Below are positions 60,701 through 64,000 of a DNA stretch of 64,000 nt, one piece after another. Each line of letters begins with the position of its first letter. The first letter of the stretch is position 1. The notes beneath the pieces were generated by a model. It worked only from the letters and a program-made list of their open reading frames with translations. It ran no database searches and was not told the DNA's origin. The position numbers were made by a program, and so were the translations under genes. This stretch comes from Neodothiora populina (taxonomy: Eukaryota): contig NW_027191409.1 of assembly GCF_041146345.1 (NCBI RefSeq), positions 992,001 to 1,056,000 on the forward strand, read 5' to 3'.

Positions 60701-62371
60701 ATGCTCGTGTCATTAGTTGTCGGCAAGGTCGATGCAGGCGTTGCCGTGCTGCTGACCGAAGACAAGCGATTGGTAGGCGCATTAATATCACAAAGGAGAC
60801 ATCTGCTTTTTGATTATAAGTGCTGACCATACCTCTTCTCCTTGCTGCAGATAGAATTCCCCTCGATCCTTCTTCCTCCAGACATCACATCGGGTTCAAT
60901 CGTCGACATCAACGTCGCCCGCAACTTCCAATCCGAGCAAAGGGCTGCCGCGCACTTTGCCTCGCTGCAAGATGAAATCTACAACACCTTCGGACAAGAG
61001 TCGCCTTCCGCCCCTGTTCTTCGATGCCGCAACGCCACCCAGACGTCGGTCGTGCTGGAATGGGATCCCGTCAGTCTCGCGACCGCCGAGCTGCGCTCTC
61101 TGAGTCTCTACCGCAACGGCAGCAAGGCAGGAAACATTCCGCGCGACAAGCTCAGCACCAAGATCTCGGGTCTGGCCGTCGACACGGAATACACCTTCCA
61201 CCTGGTCCTGCGAACGAGCGCGGGCACTTACACCAGTGACCGGCTCACCATCAGGACCCAGAAGATGACCGATCTCACCGGTATCACAATCACCCCTGGC
61301 GTCATGCCCGCCCAGCTGCGCGAGGACCTGGCCGCAACCGTCGAGCGCATCGGCGCCAAGCTCATCGACACGGTCAGGATAGACACGACCCACTTCGTGT
61401 GCACAGAAGCGCGAGGCCAGGCTTGGGAGAAGGCGGCGGAGATGAACGTCCCTGTCGTGGTGCCAGACTGGGTCAAGGGCTGCGAGCGGGAAGGCAGAAT
61501 CGTGGGAGTGCGCGGCTACTATCTCAACGCCGACCCGAAGCTGCGACAAGTCGGCGCTGGAGCAGTGAGCAATCAATCGCAGAGTTCTCTGTCTTCGCAT
61601 CAACCACAGCAAGGATCCGTGTCATCGGCAGCAGAAAGAAGACCCACTCAGCTCGACAGACAGGGCTCGCAGCTGCGTGTCCAGCCACCCATGACAAGCC
61701 CCAGGATCGAACACACCCCTCCCACTCCCGAACAACCCCACCCTGCACCGTCCAAGATGAATGGCACGAGCGAGGAACCCCCACCCACGCCGCCGCCAAA
61801 GCACCAAAGAAGCAACCAGACCAGCTCTCCCGATTCGGCCGCAGCAGCAGCCACAGCAGCGGCATCCGACGCAGCCACTCCCTCGACCACCGTCCCCGAA
61901 GCAGCAGCAGTAGCAGCAGCACCGCAACAACAAGAGCAGCAGCCCTCCGTCAGAACCAATGGCGTCATTCCCGAACCGCCGACAAGCCCCGAGCCAAGCT
62001 ACCAAGAAGCAGCGCAAGAAGACGACGACGAGGAGGAGGAGGAGGAGGAGGAGGAGGAGGAGGAGGAAGCAAGATCAGAAGCAAACGACGAGCAAGACCG
62101 ACCAGAACTACCGCGCGAACGCACAGAGGACATATCGCCCAAATCCGTGCACGCGGCCAAGTTCCCTAGTTTCAGCGAGACGAACAATCTCAAGGCGATA
62201 GGAATACCGCATGCCGCCGTCGAAGCACACGTGGACGATGACGATGATGACGAAGAGGACAATGCAGCAGGTGAGAGTGAGAAACACGATTCCACTTCTG
62301 CTCCTGCTCTTTCTCCTGCAACCGAACAGACCAAGGAAGACGACGAGGGCTTCGATGATGTTGCGCTCTGA
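60701..62371 (+). CDS. CHS5: Exomer subunit Chs5 (chitin biosynthesis protein)
   Basis: Exons 60701-60772 and 60851-62371. [33 protein letters not shown], FN3 domain (TQTSVVLEWDP), BRCT domain (IDTTHFVCTE...PVVVPDWV) and an acidic tail. Confidence 0.95.
62030..62065 (+). repeat. (GAG)12 trinucleotide repeat encoding poly-Glu in CHS5
   Basis: Read directly from the sequence. Confidence 0.9.
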
Positions 62372-62927
62372 GGACTCTTGTCACAGTGAATAATCCCCTT
62401 GTCTCTGCTTTCTCCTTCCTGCTCTTGTCCCCATCTGTTAAGCTATCATCGTGTAATCTCCACATCTTAGACCTTTCTTCCAGCGTCATCTTTTTCTGCC
62501 GTTCTGTCTTGCCTCAAACGGAGCTGGTGGAAACCTTCTTGTTGTCATTGTCATTAGTAGTCATGTCTTAAATCCTCTTTCTGCCCTCTGCCTGCTCCCT
62601 TTGTTCCTACGGTCTAGGGAAGACGTTTGGCCTTCGGAAAAAGAGAATCACACGTGTTGGCATACAGAGTAGAAAGGGAATATAATTACATGCTCTTGTC
62701 CCACACCATTTGTTCCCATTTTCCGTTAGTCAGTCGATTATTGCAGTAGTAGCCTTTCGTCAGAAACATTAAATGTACACGCAGTAAGATGCTTGCTTTT
62801 CCCCGATTGCACACGCTGTAAATGATTTTTTTTCCCACAAAGTAAGAAACATATCGCTTAGGTACAGAACAGATTCTGTCAGCAAGCCGTACCATGCGTC
62901 TTACACCATCACCACAGCAAAATCGCT

Positions 62928-64000
62928 TCACTCTTCGAATTCAGAGTCGACGTCGCTGGCTGCGCTGCTCTCATCCTCCTCGTCGTCGTCTTCGTCGAAC
63001 TCCTCGGCAGCTTTCTTTGTCGCGTTCTTGCCGCGCCCTTTCTTCTCCGTTACCTTCGCTTTCGCCGCTCTCTGTCTTGGGGCCCGACGTCGAGGTGGAG
63101 ATGCAGCCGGTGGTGAGTCTTCTAGATCGGAATCTGCGTCGCTCAATCCACTACTCTCGGCTAGCTCTTCTTCCTCGCTGTCGTTGTCCTTGGCTTGTTT
63201 CTTGCCGCCTTTCGCGCCCTTCTTCTTGGGTGTGCTCTTGGAACCAGTCTTGCTTTCTTCACCATCACCGCTGACGCGTCCGTTCTTCTTGGGCTCGAAC
63301 CTGGTGACCAGGTGCTCGATTGGACAGCCGTTGCTCCACTCCGCGCTCGCTGTTGTCGTGGCAGCTTTACATCTTGGGCAGACCTTGCCGTGCTTGATGA
63401 GTAGCTGATGAAGCGGGTACTTGAGATCATCAGGCACTCGAAGTTCGCAGTGCTTGTATGCTGATTCTCTTCCGACTCTGGGCTCGCCCTTCTTGACTTC
63501 ATTGGGAGGAGGAACCCATCCTAGGTACTGGACCAGACGAAACACGTGAGTGTCGACCGCAAAACTGGGTCTGCGTAGGCAGAAGAGCGCTACACATGAC
63601 GCCGTCTTTGGTCCAATACCGGGAAATTCAGACATGCGATCTATAGCAGCTTGAGTTTCCATAAGGTGAAGGTGATCAAGCGAGAGGACATTGGACTCGG
63701 CACGTGCAATTTCGGACTCTTTTTCTTCTGCAGGTTCGTTCTCCGAGCCCGCAGGACCGGCTTGCGACGCTGCCGTCTTGTCGCCCGAATCCGCCGCTTC
63801 CTGCTCTTCTTTGAGTGCATTTCGGCGTGCTTGATTCTCCTGATACGTAATCTCCAGAATCGCTTTGATGTCTTTGCTTTTCATCTGCGCGAGGCCGCCA
63901 GACTTGATTGCCTCGAAGACCTCGCGCTGTGAGGCAAGACGGACCTTGTTCCAGTCTATCAAACAAAGTAAGCATTTGTCCCGGATCAATCACATTAGTA
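62928..64000 (-). CDS. HhH-GPD family base-excision DNA glycosylase (endonuclease III-like), 3' part
   Basis: Last exon begins about 63955 after a CTAAT...TAG acceptor. AIKSGGLAQMKS, the HhH motif FPGIGPKTASCV, FAVDTHVFRL and LHQLLIKHGKVCPRC. Confidence 0.9.

Noticed and set aside
1..64000. Biosynthetic gene cluster, transposon or CRISPR array
   Set aside because: I saw no PKS/NRPS/terpene synthase, transposase/RT motifs, terminal repeats or repeat-spacer arrays, and neighbouring genes are functionally unrelated.

Overview
Gene-dense, intron-containing eukaryotic DNA from a filamentous ascomycete (Pezizomycotina). Evidence: short GT-AG introns with CTRAY branch sites and fungal-specific genes such as BUD6, CHS5, PHO81/nuc-2 and CBP4. 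I can support about 25 protein-coding genes, mostly housekeeping: an ITR-like MFS transporter (partial), PBP1, BUD6, AGX1, VPS29, an RGS-like membrane protein, TRM44, an AIF/AMID-like oxidoreductase, glucokinase, a NAT5-like GNAT, MIC19, EGD1, complex I PSST, TCA17, RAD1/XPF, CBP4, PHO81, a cutinase, CHS5 and a HhH-GPD glycosylase (partial). There are also several hypothetical proteins and an FAD oxidoreductase broken by one in-frame TAG. I saw no tRNA, rRNA, transposon or CRISPR signal. The most interesting signals are cryptic coding features. (1) A probable CUG-initiated 60-aa N-terminal extension of alanine-glyoxylate aminotransferase carries a perfect PTS2 peroxisomal signal. (2) EGD1 needs a single-nucleotide exon to stay in frame. 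(3) A secreted hypothetical protein shows an ADP-ribosyltransferase-like motif order. (4) The cutinase has a long Kex2-punctuated Gly/Ser/Leu prodomain and four FarA/CTF1 sites upstream. All gene names come from recognised sequence motifs, not database searches.
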